A stretch of DNA of 64,000 nucleotides, taken from Nemertoderma westbladi (Eukaryota; Animalia; Xenacoelomorpha). The position numbers and the translations under genes were made by a program. The stretch is taken from assembly GCA_032718475.1 (NCBI GenBank), contig JAUCBJ010007520.1:33800-97799 (forward strand), read 5' to 3'. Positions 48,474 through 61,664 of the stretch are shown here, one piece after another. The notes under the pieces are model-generated. The model saw only the letters and a program-made list of their open reading frames with translations, had not been told where the DNA came from and searched no databases. Each line of letters starts with the position of its first letter. The stretch's first letter is position 1.

Positions 48474-51400
48474 ATGAGCCAACAAGGAGAAACGACACCG
48501 CCGCGGACCCCGGACGGCGATCTAACGATCCGTGAGGCCGCGACGCGACGGTACCGTCCCGCGATGCCGAATCAACTGACGGCGGACGATCCGGCAATCC
48601 AAACCGAGGGGGACCGTCTAGAACCGGAAAATGAGTCGAGGGAAGGAAGAGACGAGTCGGGAGGAGAGGGAGACGAGTCGACACAGGGCGGCGGTCGACG
48701 TGCCGAAGTCGCCGGCCAGCCACAGGCCGAGGGCGACGGATGGCCCACCGGAACGGCGACGGTGGGTCCGCCGGTACGACGCCGGACCCGGAGAGATAGA
48801 GGAGATGTCGGCGACGAGGATGTCGGGGTCAGCGATCGACTTCAACGGGCCTACAACGCGACCCGGAAGCTACTCAAAGAGACTAAAGGAGGGGCCAAGG
48901 TAGACCAGGTGAAATTGAAAAGGCGAATAGGTGAGTCAAATGAACATTTTAACTACTTGATGCGTTTTGGGCAGAGAGAACTAGCCGATGAGAGAGCGAG
49001 AGGGGTTGCCACCGAACTTTTCGAACTATGGGAATGTAGGGGTATGGAACCTAGCGTAGTGTATGTAGGGCCATACTTAGTCAATGCCCGGGGAGTAAAA
49101 TTAGTGGGTTGGAGGAGACCGAAGGAGGGCGAATCCAAGGTTAACCCCGAGGATTCGGTCTCGTCGGTCGGAGGGAGTTCCGGGAGGCGGGGGAGAGTTA
49201 GTAGGATGGGAAGGCGGAGGGAATCCGTCACAACCGATAAGTCCGCTACATCCTCCGCAAAAGAAAAACGGGTGCGGGCAATAGGTCTGGCGTGCCAACT
49301 CGACCTGGCGGCGCTAGACCAGAGAGAGGTAGAGAGACAGTTAGAGGAGGGGAGTGCGCTATTAAAGGAGGAAATAGAACTGGTTAGAGAGAACAGAGAG
49401 AGGGCCGAGAAGGTCGCGAGAAGCTTTAGGGAGTGCGAGGAAATAGGGAGGAAGAAGCAAGAGGAGCGCGAGGCGAGAGAGCAGAGTGAACGTAAGGAGC
49501 GCGAGGCGAGAGAGCAGAGTGAACGTAAAGAGCGTGAGGCGGAACGTAAAGAGCGTGAGGCGGAACGTAAAGAGCGTGAGGTGGCGAGGGAGGCGAGGCG
49601 GCTTGAGAGAGTCGCGTGAGAGGCGGAATTAGCCGATCAGAGTGCGTGGGAGGATCGGGAGAGAAAGGCAACGGGGAAGCGTGTGCGGGATGATTTACAT
49701 GCCCGCCTAAAGGGGCTTATTCAATATCAAGCCAAACAAAAGCGCTGACTGGAACTGGTGCAGATGGGATTGTCAGAGAGTGACGCTGGCTCGAGTATTT
49801 TCGAGGAGCCAAGGGTTGTGGAAACATTTATTAATACCCCACTTACAGGAACCGCACGACAGACCCGAGACTGGTGTGACCGTATGGGCGGGGGGGGGGG
49901 GGGGGGGGGGGTAATAATACAGTAGACAATGTTAATATTAATAGTACCGTATTGGATAATTCTAATCAAACTTTCATTGCAGGAAATAATATTTTGCCCG
50001 ACAGTAGTAATTTAAATCCGAATGATTCTAATATTAATGTAGGAAATAATTCAAATAATATAATTATGCAAAATAATTCAAATAATATAATTACGCAAAA
50101 TAATTCAAATAATTTAAACTTAAATCCGAATTTACAAAATAATCCAAATAATCTTATTTCGAACGAGCAAAATAATTCCATTTCTAATCTGGGCGCACAA
50201 AATAACTTGATTGAGTTAGAGGATTTAATTGATCTAACCAATGGCAATATCAGTGGTGCTATTAACGTGAACGTGTCGGACGTGTATAACCCGGCAAATG
50301 AGGGCCTGGTAGGCCACGTAGTTAGTAGGCCGGAAGTGGCGGGGTTGAGCCAACCCGAAGAGGGCCTGGCAGGCCACGTAGTTAGTAGGCAGGAAGTAGA
50401 GAGCCTGGTAGGCCACACAGTAGCAGAGGGAGAGGCGGGGGCGAATAGACCCAGCCGCAGTAGGGTTAATGTGTCGGCTAGAGAGGGGTGTAGTAGCGAA
50501 GTAAGATATAGTGAAGTTAGATGTGGCGAATGGGGGGGGGGGGGCTACAGGAGCCCCACAACGACAAGTTAGTGGCGAGAGGGGGGGGGGGGGGCAGAGA
50601 GTGCCCCACATGCGTCGACGGATAATGCGCTGGCCGAGTTAGGTAAACCACAACACCCGGCGACGGAGAGTAATAGGGGGATTGCGAGTATCTACAGCGG
50701 CGTGCGATCGAGCAGAGAGAGGCAGGTTGACGTCGCGAGAGGGCAGACGAAGCGTCGAGCCCGATCAGAAGAGGGAAGAAGAACAGTGGAGTTTAACCGG
50801 GAGGTCGACGAGAGATCTCACGAGCGGGAATACTGCACTACAGAGAGAAGAAAGGAAGAGAGTAGAAGAAGTGTCGCCGCGAACGACAGGAGAGCGAGGA
50901 TGGATAGCGAGCCGTCGGTGGTAGAGATGGTGGCGGAGAGTCAGAGGGGTCGGACTTCGGGAGATTGCCGTCGTCCTGGAGAAGCGCGACCTGATGAGGC
51001 GTATTACGCGTCGAGAGAAGGGTACGAAATGTACTGGTACGAGGACGAGAGAAGTAGAGGGGGTCGAAGAGAAACTTCCCAACGGGATATACCTACCGAT
51101 CGAGAATATGGAAGCCGCGGGGAGGATTATTTGCGAAGGTTAAATTTCGATCCCGAGCGACACGTACAGACTGCAGGACATACTGTAGGCCTTACTGCAC
51201 ATATGATAGGCCATGCTGAGAGAGATAATATAGGCGATAGGATAGCGCGAACAACGGGATTAAACCCGGAAGTCGCGGAGTACATACCGGCAGGTAGGCC
51301 AGAAGTAGATAGGCCTATACCGGTACCAGCACAGCAGTATGACTACAGCATGCAAGGACATAACATATACCCAGGGGAGGGGAGAATTATTGCGGATAGG

Positions 51401-54400
51401 TGTATGGGCCCCAATATAATAACATCAACCCCAGTACCAAACATACCAGTTGGGGGGGGGGGGGGGGGGGGCAGGGTGACATTCCCCCATCACGATATCA
51501 ACAATATACCCCAATAGGAGTAAGAATATCGAACCCCTTGGACGAGAATAGATCATGCGACACAGAAATATGGACGGGGCCGCTACCCCCTATGATATAT
51601 CCAAGTCAGAGGAAAGCGGCAGACAGGACGAACGGACCGCACCCAACGGGAGAACCTATGCAGCATCCATCGAACCCATTGGAAGCACAAGCGATGGGGA
51701 TGGCCACGTTAATCGATGCACTAAAAACAAGGATCGAGTTACCACCCGTGGAACCATTCAAATTCGATAGAAGTAGGCCAGAAGAATACCTACAGTTTCG
51801 GCGTATGTATAGTAACGAAATATTAACAAAGAATTTGACGCAGGCGGAGTGCCTAAAGTATCTGCAAGTATATACAGGGGGCCCAGCATACGACATCGTG
51901 AGGCAATACCAAGGCATTGAGGGTGGCTTCACGACGGCATGGCGGGCGTTAGACAGGGAATACGGGCACCCGGCCAAGATCATCCGGCAGACCCTGAGAG
52001 GTATAACATCGGGTGGCCTACAGGATAACCCCGTTAGCATAAAGACATTCGCTAACAAAGTCGAGAAGGCGCTAATCGTGCTAAAGACGCTGGACCCGCC
52101 ATACGAACTCAATGCGTCCAACAACATCACTACGATAGCCCAGGCACTACCGATGTGGCTGCGCAATAGAGTGGAGGAATCGCGGTGCCCTCGAGATAGG
52201 AAGGGTGCGGAACCGGGTTTAGAAGAGATGTCAAGCTTCTTAAACTATGAAGCTGAACTTATAACGGACCCAGTCTACAGCGAGGATAGCCTGGGGAAAG
52301 GGATCAAAGACCGATTATCACAGGCCGAAACCAGAGCATAACGCGTCGAACGCATTGCCGAAGCTCAGACAATCACTGCCATACGCAGCGATGCAGGGGA
52401 CTGCTAGTCCACAAGTAGCCGGGGGTAAGACCACATCATGGAGCGGACAGGGGAAAAATAACAACACAAATAAACATAACCCCAGCACGCCCAGTAGGCC
52501 AAACCCAAACAATAAGAATAGTAGGGACTTTGGTACAAATATAAGTGCGATATGCGACGCACTTTATAAGGATGGCTACAACCCAAAGAGCAAATGCCAA
52601 CTACATACAAATGCGCCTCATCAGACCATGAACTGCAGGTATTGGCAAGCACTACCCAGGGAAGATCAGGTAGAATACGCGAGAAGAAATGAAATCTGCT
52701 CGCGATGTGTGATGAGTGGACATAGAGCTAACCAATGCAAAGAAACGCCAATTAAGTTTGGTCAGAGTAAAGGACAGACAATGGCAACGAGCACCGTAGT
52801 GGCAAGGAAGAGAGGAACGGTACTATTGGGGGTAGTACCAGTAAGGATAATCGGGGAAGGCAATCGATCAGTAACCACACTGATGCTGGTCGACAGTGGT
52901 GCAGCCTTCACCCTAGTTGAGGATTGGGTGGCCGAAGAGATAGGATTGAGAATGAGGCCAAGTAGAATGGCGGTAACAACCATCTCCAGCAAAGATGAGG
53001 TTCTGGAGATGAGGACCGGACGGTGCGCGATAGCACCGGGATGCGACTATGGGGCGACCATCGACCCCATCCAGGTGATAGAGTCGATAAATATTAACGC
53101 CAGGCGGCCAACCAACATCGAGGTCGAACAATATAGATTCCTGGACAGTATCGACTTCTCAATCCCAGAGGTGGACGTCAGGAAGGTATCCATCATAGTA
53201 GGAATGGACTGCCCGACGGCCCACGAGAGAATGCAAACGGTCTTCGGCGAAGACAGGCAGCGTGACCCAGTGGCGATATTAACACCATTCGGGTGGACGC
53301 TGAGTGGCCCAATCAGGAGTAAGATACCATTTAGGATGTCGGAGACATCAGGATGCATGTTCGCGGGAACTATGCTGGAAATGGGAGATGAGGGAGCGGA
53401 GGAGCAGCTCAGGAGACTGCTCAGGCAGGATTTTGAGGGATTAAAGGAGACCGGGGTCGGAACCTCGGTAGAAGACAAGCAGGCTTTACAAAGTGTAAAG
53501 GAATCGATGACATGCGATGAGGGGCGGTATACCATAGGAATGGTATGGAAGCTACCGAAGCTACCGTTACCCGACAACAAAGGGATGGTACTAACGAGGC
53601 TTCGTAAGTTAAAGCAGACGCTAAAACGGAGCCCCTAGAAGAATGAGTACATTCACAAGACAATTAGAAAGTATGTCGAGAAAGGATGGGCCGTGGAATT
53701 ACCGGTCGATGAACCAAACACGGACAGGACCTATTACCTGCCACTCCACGTGGCTCTAGACCCGAAGAAAGGTAAACTGCGGATGGTAGTTGACGCATCG
53801 GCCAAGACCAACGGAAAATGCCTAAACGATTATCTGCTGGAGGGTCCCAACATCTACAACTCAGGGATCGAGGTCCTACTCAGATTCAGGAATGGTAAAC
53901 ACGCTTTCACCTGCGACATCGAAGGCATGTTCAACCAAGTCCGTGTAACGGAAGAGGATAGCGACAACCAACGCTTCCTATGGTACGACGGCGATGAGGA
54001 ACCGCCGACCATACCAATGTATAAGATGATAGTACAGAATATGGGAGCCAAGTGGTCTTCGTTTACAACGACTATGGCCGTAAGAGATACAGTAGTAGGA
54101 AAGGAAGATAAATTCAGCACCAAAGCCGTCGATATGAATCCACGAGGTTTCTATGTAGACGATGGGATGGAGTCTGGAAATACGGTTAAGGAACTACTGG
54201 ACACGGGGCGCGAGGTTTGCGACATCCTAAAAGGATCAGGGTTCAACCTAACCAAGTTCCAATCCAGCTCGCAAGAGTTTATGAAAGCCATAGAGGACAG
54301 GAGGCCAGAGTTGACCATGGATAATCCCACGACAGCCAAGGGACAGGACATGGCGAACAAGAGAGTGGAGTCCCAGCAGAAGGCACTAGGGATCGTGTGG

Positions 54401-56798
54401 AACCGAGAGACAGATGAGTTAAAATACCAGTTGAGTCAGGAGGGCGCAGGTATCCACACAAAGAGGGACTATGTATCGTATATAGCGAGGATATACGATC
54501 CTCTAGGCCTAGCATCCCCATTACTAGTCATGGGGAAACAGATACTCAAGAGAGTATACAAATTAAAGGACGAGTGGGACACAGAGGTCCCGGAAGAGAT
54601 TAGTAAGCAATGGAGCAAGTGGACAGAGAGTTTAGAGCAGATGGGAACATCCAGCATGTCATGTGTATATTTCCCGGACGGGAACATGGCGAATCTGGAT
54701 TTACATATGTTCTCCGATGCGTCATTAGAGGCATACGGAGCGGCACTCTACCTAGTACAGCGAGAGGGGGCTCACAAGCCCAGACTCGCCTTTAGCAAGG
54801 CGAAAGTCGACGCCACCAGATTCAGCATCAGTTCTGAAACTCGAGTTGACAGCTGCGAGATTAGGAGTTAGGGCCACAGCCTACTTAGTGGACGCTATTC
54901 CCAACATAGTGGAAACACACTACTGGACGGATACCATGGTAGTGCTCGGTTGGCTACACAACGAAAGGACAAGATACCCTATATTCATCGCGAATAGGGT
55001 GGACGAAATAAGGGCAACCACAGAGTTAGAAAGGTGGCACTACTTCCCAACGGACGAGAACCCAGCGGACTTGTTATCGAGGGGCGTGGCACGCCACACT
55101 TTCTTGAAGAAGGAAGTATTGTGGCAGCATGGGCCGCAATTTCTGAATGATAGGACAGCCTGGCCGCCGATGAGAAAGGTAGACCCGGGCGCAGAACAAG
55201 TAGCGTTAGAAGAGGAGGGAGTAGATTCAGAAGGTGAGGAGATATACAGCCAGATGGTGAGGGAGATAAGGGACGTGCAACCGAAACCGGAAGAACTGTG
55301 CGATAACCCAACGGACAAACTCCTTAGCTACAGCTCTAGTTGGTACAAGACCAAGAAGTTAGTGGCGTACTGGAGAGCCTTCGGGGATTTCCTCAAGGGG
55401 GTCGACAAAGACGTAAAAGTTAGAACAACCATCGATCTGGAGGGAGCGGCCAAAGCAGTCATCCGCTATGAGCAGAGAAAGAACTATGGCGACGAGGTGG
55501 AACGCGTCGGTAAATAACAGCATCTCTGACGGGACAGCGAGCTGATCACGCTGTCACCACAACTTAATGATGACGGGATTCTAGTAATGAACTCGAGGGT
55601 ATTGAACAACAACAGTATTGTAATACCGCCAAAACCCATCATCATACCTACTGGATCGCCGATAGTTCACCAGATTATATGGGACTCCCATAAGTCGATA
55701 TTGCACGGGGGCACCAACCGAACCCTCACGGAGATACGGAGGACCTTTTGGGTCAAACAGCTGAGGAAGAAGGTAAAGGCGGTAGTGGGGCAGTGCCAGA
55801 CCTGCCGATGAGCGAAGAAGGAGCGAGCCATACAGGAGATGGCGCCACTACCGGCCAGTAGGGTGAGACAGCACGACCCGCCATTTACGCATTGCAGTGT
55901 GGACATGTTCGGGCCGATAAAGATTAAGGTGATGCGGCACATGGAGAAGCGCTACGGCATCATCTTCATATGTAACAACACACGGGCGGTAGGGATAGAA
56001 CTCGCCCAAGATGCAACCGCATCAGCATTCATTAATGCTCTAGAAAGGTTCAGAGACCGCAAAGGTGGGACGATTACAGTAATATATTCTGACAGCGGAA
56101 CCAACTTTGTGGGGGCGGAGAACAAGATGGTGGATGCCTTGGATATCCTGGAAGGGGAAGAAGTCAGGGCAGCCATGAGAAGGCGACAAGTGAAGTGGGA
56201 GAGGAGGACGCCGTATGCTCCGCATACCCTAGGATGCGTCGAGAGACTCGTGGGTAGTTCGAAGCGTCTAATGACGAAGTTGATGAACACCCACATGGTC
56301 ATGGAGGACGTGCTGAGGACGGTACTAGCAAAGTGTGAGGGTATCATTAATAGCAGACTGCTATATCCAGAAAATGATGACCCTGAGTCATTAGACGTGC
56401 TGACGCCCAGTCACTTTCTAATGGAAAGGCCAGCGACAATCGACATGCGGGGTGTAGACCCAGACGATATACACTCCCGACAGAGTTGGAAAGTCGCTAA
56501 GGCGATAAGCGCAGAGTACTGGAGGAGGTGGGTCGAGGAATATCTGCCCACACTACATAGAAGAATTAAGAGGAGGAACACGAATAGAGAGCTAAAGGAG
56601 GGTGATCTGGTGATCGTCACGGACGATACCATCATTAACAACCAATGGCGGTTGGCGAGAGTTGTGGGCACTTACTCCGATGAGGACGGAAGAGTCCGAT
56701 CGGTAGAAGTGTGAATAGGTGGCAAGATAGGTGCGAAAGACAGGAAGACCTACAGGAGGGCTGTAGGGAAATGCTGTCTGCTAGAGGGGGCACCTTGA
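48474..56798 (+). pseudogene. BEL/Pao gag-pol polyprotein with several stops and frameshifts
   Basis: Gag 51400..52341; knuckles and protease LVDSGA in 52355..53638; RT YYLPLH, KLRMVVDAS, DIEGMFNQV, FYVDD; IYDPLG; RNase H FSDASLEAYG, WTD, NPADLLSRG; integrase H-H-C-C, VDMFGP, SDSGTNFVG, VERLV; C-terminal LKEGDLV...WRLARV. Confidence 0.93.
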
Positions 56799-56949
56799 GT
56801 TAGAATGGATTTTAGTGGAGTTTAGTCGTCCAAGTTTTGGACTGAGGGGGGTGGGATTGAGGGCGAGGCGCCCTTCCCACACAATTAAAATAAAAATAAA
56901 AAAAATAAAAGAGAAAGTAAGAATAGTACATAATAGGTACGCAGTAGTA

Positions 56950-57235
56950 GGCAGAAGTTAGTTAGTAAGAGGGTACGTAGTACCGTCAGTAGTTAGAAGC
57001 TAGGTAGAGGGTACGTAGTACCGTTAGTTAGTTAGAGAGAGTTAGAGGTTAGTAAGAGGGTACGTAGTACTGTTAGTTAGTTAGAGAGAGTTAGAGGATA
57101 GTAAGAGGGTATGTAGTACCGTTAGTTAGTTAGAGAGAGTTAGAGGTTAGTAAGAGGGTACGTAGTACCGTTAGTTAGTTAGGGAGGGTTAGAGGTTAGT
57201 AAGAGGGTACGTAGTACCGGTTAGTAGGAGTAAGA
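56950..57235. repeat. 49-bp tandem repeat between pol and the accessory gene
   Basis: GTTAGTTAGTTAGAGAGAGTTAGAGGTTAGTAAGAGGGTACGTAGTACC, about 5 units. Confidence 0.9.
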
Positions 57236-57687
57236 AGTAGAAGGGTATATATAGTATAGATATTAGTTGGTAGTGAGTAGCGAGAGGGGGGCATATGAGT
57301 ACAGCTGGATAAATCGTGTAGGCCACGCGACGCATACTGTTGTACTGCACAGGCCCACAGAGTAGGCCAGAATGTGGATTATGGAATAGAATAATCCATC
57401 GGCAATAATAAGTAAGTAGCACAGTAATAGAATTGAATTAAATTAAAATATTAAAAATAGAATAGGGCTAAGAAAATTAACAAATTATGGTAACAGTAGC
57501 AAGAAAATTCTGGAACATAATTAAAGTAACTGACAAAATTGTAATTTAAGGTACAATTTGGTAGCTTCAGAAATTAGGTAGTGTAAAATAGGCTTAGTAA
57601 TTCAGAGAAAGACAGGCCATCGAACTAAATAAACCATCTTAACCTATCACTCATCCTATTGCACCTTGGTAAGGCACCACCCAACGG

Positions 57688-60283
57688 GTGAGCGATCGGG
57701 CAAAGTTCGAGATGGCAGGCAAACTGATTAGGAAGAGAAAGGCGGAGTCAGGAGGAAAAGAAATACTAGTAGATTTCACCAAGAGGCATCCGGAAGAGAA
57801 GACGAGGGGATACTACGAGCGGTTGGAGAGAGGTCACGCAGCGCGAGCGCTGCAGGACCATTGTAGGGAGGTGCACGAACAGCGGCTGGTCGGGACCTAC
57901 GGGACGCCGTCGCTGGACAACGCGATCTTCGAGCATTTCCACTACTTGGTGAAGGGAGACGAGGCGAAGTTCGGGATTCTGAATTACGCGAGAGAGCCAC
58001 CGAGGAAGGATTGGAAGAGGTTCGTAGAGTCCGTCAGTAGAGAAGGGAACATGGTCCTAGACGATGAGGGGACTGTGGAAGACGAGGAGGGTTAGAGGAG
58101 AGGAACGGCGGCGTCAGCCAGAACCATACTCCTACATTTGGCCGCGCCAAATGGGGATATATTCCTATTCGATCTAGGAACGTATGGAAACAAGGACGGG
58201 CCGAAGTTGAACCGGTTGCCGGAGGCGGTGCAAACCCTAGTGAGAGAGAAGTCGACGACGAAAGTGGGATCGGCGATTCGCGACAACGCGGAGAGAATCA
58301 TCGGTCCGGACGCCCCCAACCTTCTGGATATGCAGACGGTCTACATGGCTATGACAGCACCAGACGGGTTGGGACTAGTAGAGAACACAGGACATTGCGG
58401 GGTGGTGGCAATGGGCCTCTGGGCTAATGGGGCTCGTGTGTCACAAACCGATGGAATGGAGTAAGTTCAGAGGGGAGTACGGAGCGGACTTGGTGAACTC
58501 GCTGAAGTGGGGAGCGAGGCCAGGGAGACAAGAGGTGTATCAATTCCGGAGAGGAGCGATAAAGGTATATCAGAAACGATATATCCTACAGGAGGACTGG
58601 ATAATGATGGGTTTGCTTAACCTATTCATGACCGTGGTTATCGAGAGGGAACCAATGGCATTCCTATTATCGGGATCACCCCTAAGCTACAGAAGAGCCT
58701 TTAAGACGGCTTTCGAGGGTCTGGTAGACCACCCGGGGCTGAAGGGCGAGTCGGTGTACTATAACAGCCGACATCTGGTAGACAGGGAGGTGGATACGCC
58801 GTGTCAGAGATGGGAGCAGTTAGAGGCGGATAGGCGAGAGGCGAAGCGATTGGAAGAAATCGCTAGACAGGAGCGGAGAGAAGCAGAGGAGAGGGAGGAG
58901 GAAGCTAGGGCACAGAGCTACGGCTTCGAGGAACAGGCGGCCTTAGACGAACTTCGTTGGACGACATCAGGGAGTTCGGGGGAGTCTTTAGGGCGAGAGT
59001 TAGGGTGGACGGTGGGATCACCGAAACAGTCGACGTCGGGATTGCAGACGACGCCCATACCAGCGGGCGCTGAGGGCGATCAGCCGCTAAGGAGGCTAGG
59101 GGAGCTAGAAGGATGGAAAGTTACGGCCGAGAGCCAAGGCGGGAAGGGACATAGTGGGTCCGCCGGGATACCGGGATTGGAGCCACTGCCAGAGGAGGAT
59201 GATGATGACGACGAGTTCGGAGAGATGCCGCCCATCGAGAGGATCGGCCACTCGGACACAGACTGGGTTGGCGGGAGGGTGGTGACGGCCAGTGGGGTGA
59301 GGGCCATCTGGGATAAACCCGGCAAGCGGGCCTGGGTGCATGAGGAGCCTGCGATGGATTTCGCGGGGAGCACCATCAGGTTGGGCGAGCAACCGGGGAC
59401 AGCACCACGGGTAGTATTCGGGGAGGCGATGCCCGGGAGGGGCGAGGAGATCGATATAAACAGGGACGCTAAAGTCCGGAAGTTCGCTTACCAGCAACTC
59501 CACAGACCGCGGAGATCGCTTGGGACGAAAGACGACATGGGGTGGGAGACATTGGTTCTCGGCTGTGACTACTGTGGGAGACAGACCCATCTGGAAAGGA
59601 GCTGTTTGTACCGGTTCCAGAAAGGGACTAGTTGTCTCTACTGCTGCGAGTCGAGCCACAGGATGGGGGCGTGTCCACGGTTGCACAACCGATGTTCGAA
59701 GTGTAACTTTCGGGGACATTACGGACGCCAGTGCGACTGAATGGACGACGAAGAGAAGTTTAGGGTCTTCGAGGAGTGGGCCGATGTCGGGGCCATGACT
59801 CGGCAACGCATGAAAGCCCAGGAGTTCCGGTGGGGCTTCTTTAACATCAATCAGGAGGCCCACATGGAGATTATCAAACGGAGGCTTCCGTTTACCTACC
59901 AGGAAGTGGCGACGGCGGCGTCATATGCCGGGGTGATAAATACACAGAGGTATTTGGACAGGTGGACGCCACAGAACAGAGGAGAGTTCAGGGATTTCTT
60001 GGCGGAGCATGTGCCGCGGGCAATGAAGATTATCCTATGGGACACCACCAGGGGGAGACAACAGGGCCACTCGGAGGGGCCACCCGCAAAGCGATACCGG
60101 GAGCTAATAACACCGGCACCCAAGGAGTCGACGACTGGGATCAGTAAGGAGGTGGCGGTGAGAGTCCGAAGCCAGAAAGCAGAAAAGACCAAAGGAGCGG
60201 CAGTAACCAGGAAACGACCGAGGGAGGAGGACGACAGAGGGAAAGACTTAAGATGGTTCCCAAAGGCAGGCGGAACAAACTAA
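57688..60283 (+). pseudogene. Accessory gene of element B (about 865 codons): DEDDy 3'-5' exonuclease-like domain, acidic linker, three zinc knuckles
   Basis: 57688..58464 is one frame (TAG at 58093); +1 shift near 58430; 58427..60283 is one frame (TGA at 59738); motifs VLDDEG, LLHLAAPNGDIFLFDL, LPEAVQTLV...KVGSAIRD, LLDM, W...YQKRYILQED. Confidence 0.7.
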
Positions 60284-60983
60284 GACATCCATGTGATATG
60301 CCTGGAAGGCACCACGCGAATTCGTGCGAATTCCTAAGTACAAATTCAAGTAATTTAAATAATTGAAAAGTGCAATTAGTATGTACGTACATAGAAATCA
60401 TTATTAGTTTAGAAAGTAATACAATCAAAGTAAGTACTATAGTCGTACAACCTTTTTCTCAATTAGCTACTGGGACTGGGGACCAATATACTATAATACT
60501 ATCACGGACGGGACACTGGACGACATCACACTTCTTAAGTGCGACCTCACAGGAGGGGCGTGAAGCTCGTTGGGAGCGAGTGAGTGAGATAGGGGTTGAG
60601 TTGTAGTGCAGAGAGAGTGCGGGCGCAATTCAAGTGTGGGGGGGGGGGGGGGAGGAATAAGAGGCTGAGTGAGGAACAGGGAAGTCCGAATGATAGAGCG
60701 AAAGTGAGAAGAAGTAGAGGAGAGTCAGGGTGAGAGTAGAGTAGAGTTAGTGGTGAAAGTGTTGGGGAAACCAAAGTTGTGTGAGAGAAGCGCACGACCG
60801 GCCCGACACGGGACGCCAGGTAAACAGGGTAGCAATATCATACCCATAGGGAGCGGCCTGGAAAGCCGGCTCCGAAAGAAAATAGTTCCACCCTACACTC
60901 GATACTAGGTCGAGATCCAGCGGAATTGTTGCGCACTAGAGGTGGATGCTATCTTCTCACCGGGAAGATAGCATGGGGGGGAG

Positions 60984-61561
60984 TGTTAGCGAATTCAATT
61001 CCGCTAGCCAGCCCCATAAAGTGAGCTTTAAGCAATATTGGGAACACGAGGTTGATATCCAATATCAACCTCGTATCACCCCAATAAAATGGGGACAAGA
61101 AAACCCAGAGGACACACACAATGTGGGTCAGGGGTTACACCCCTGAGAGAGAGGGAATAGCAGGAGTAACGGGAAACACTCCAGGGAAGGTGAAGGGGCA
61201 ACAATTAGGTTATTAGCCAAAGGGGGGGAAGGCATCGATCAAGTAATGTAATGCGGCCAACCGTGCAATATATATTATCAGTAACTGCGTAATTCATTCA
61301 CTTGTAGTAAGTCAGCTAGTTAGGGCGGTACCGGGATTCTAATCACCGTACATCTCCGTCTACTGTCAGTAATATATCACCATTTACTGGTAACTTTGCT
61401 TTCAATAATATTCACTTCAGTAATTGCTATATTGTACTATTATACCCTTGGAACTATATACACCGATCAATAACTCTTTCCATCTTTTCACACACACACG
61501 GCGGGGACGACGTGTAGACTAGAAACCGGATAAATCGGGATCCTTGGTGGATCCCGTCACA
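60984..61561 (+). repeat. 3' LTR of element B (578 bp)
   Basis: TGTTAGCG...CCCGTCACA, preceded by the PPT. Confidence 0.93.
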
Positions 61562-61664
61562 ATGGAGTTCCTGTAGTAGTTACAGACGTTTTCACTCAGT
61601 ATCCTAGTGTCCAGGAAGTTGGGAGTTGAGTGTGGGTGGGTGGATTGGTGGCCCCCACGCAACA

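Larger units (their letters stand above)
47830..61561 (+). mobile_element. BEL/Pao LTR retrotransposon B: near full-length, decayed, with a 3' accessory gene
   Basis: LTRs ~47830-48417 and 60984-61561 (about 15 differences); PPT GGGGGGGAG 60975-60983; gag-PR-RT-RH-IN order; 5' TG end and TSD not recoverable. Confidence 0.92.

Noticed and set aside
57688-60283. env gene in element B
   Set aside because: No signal peptide or clear membrane anchor; the motifs point to a nuclease fold and zinc knuckles
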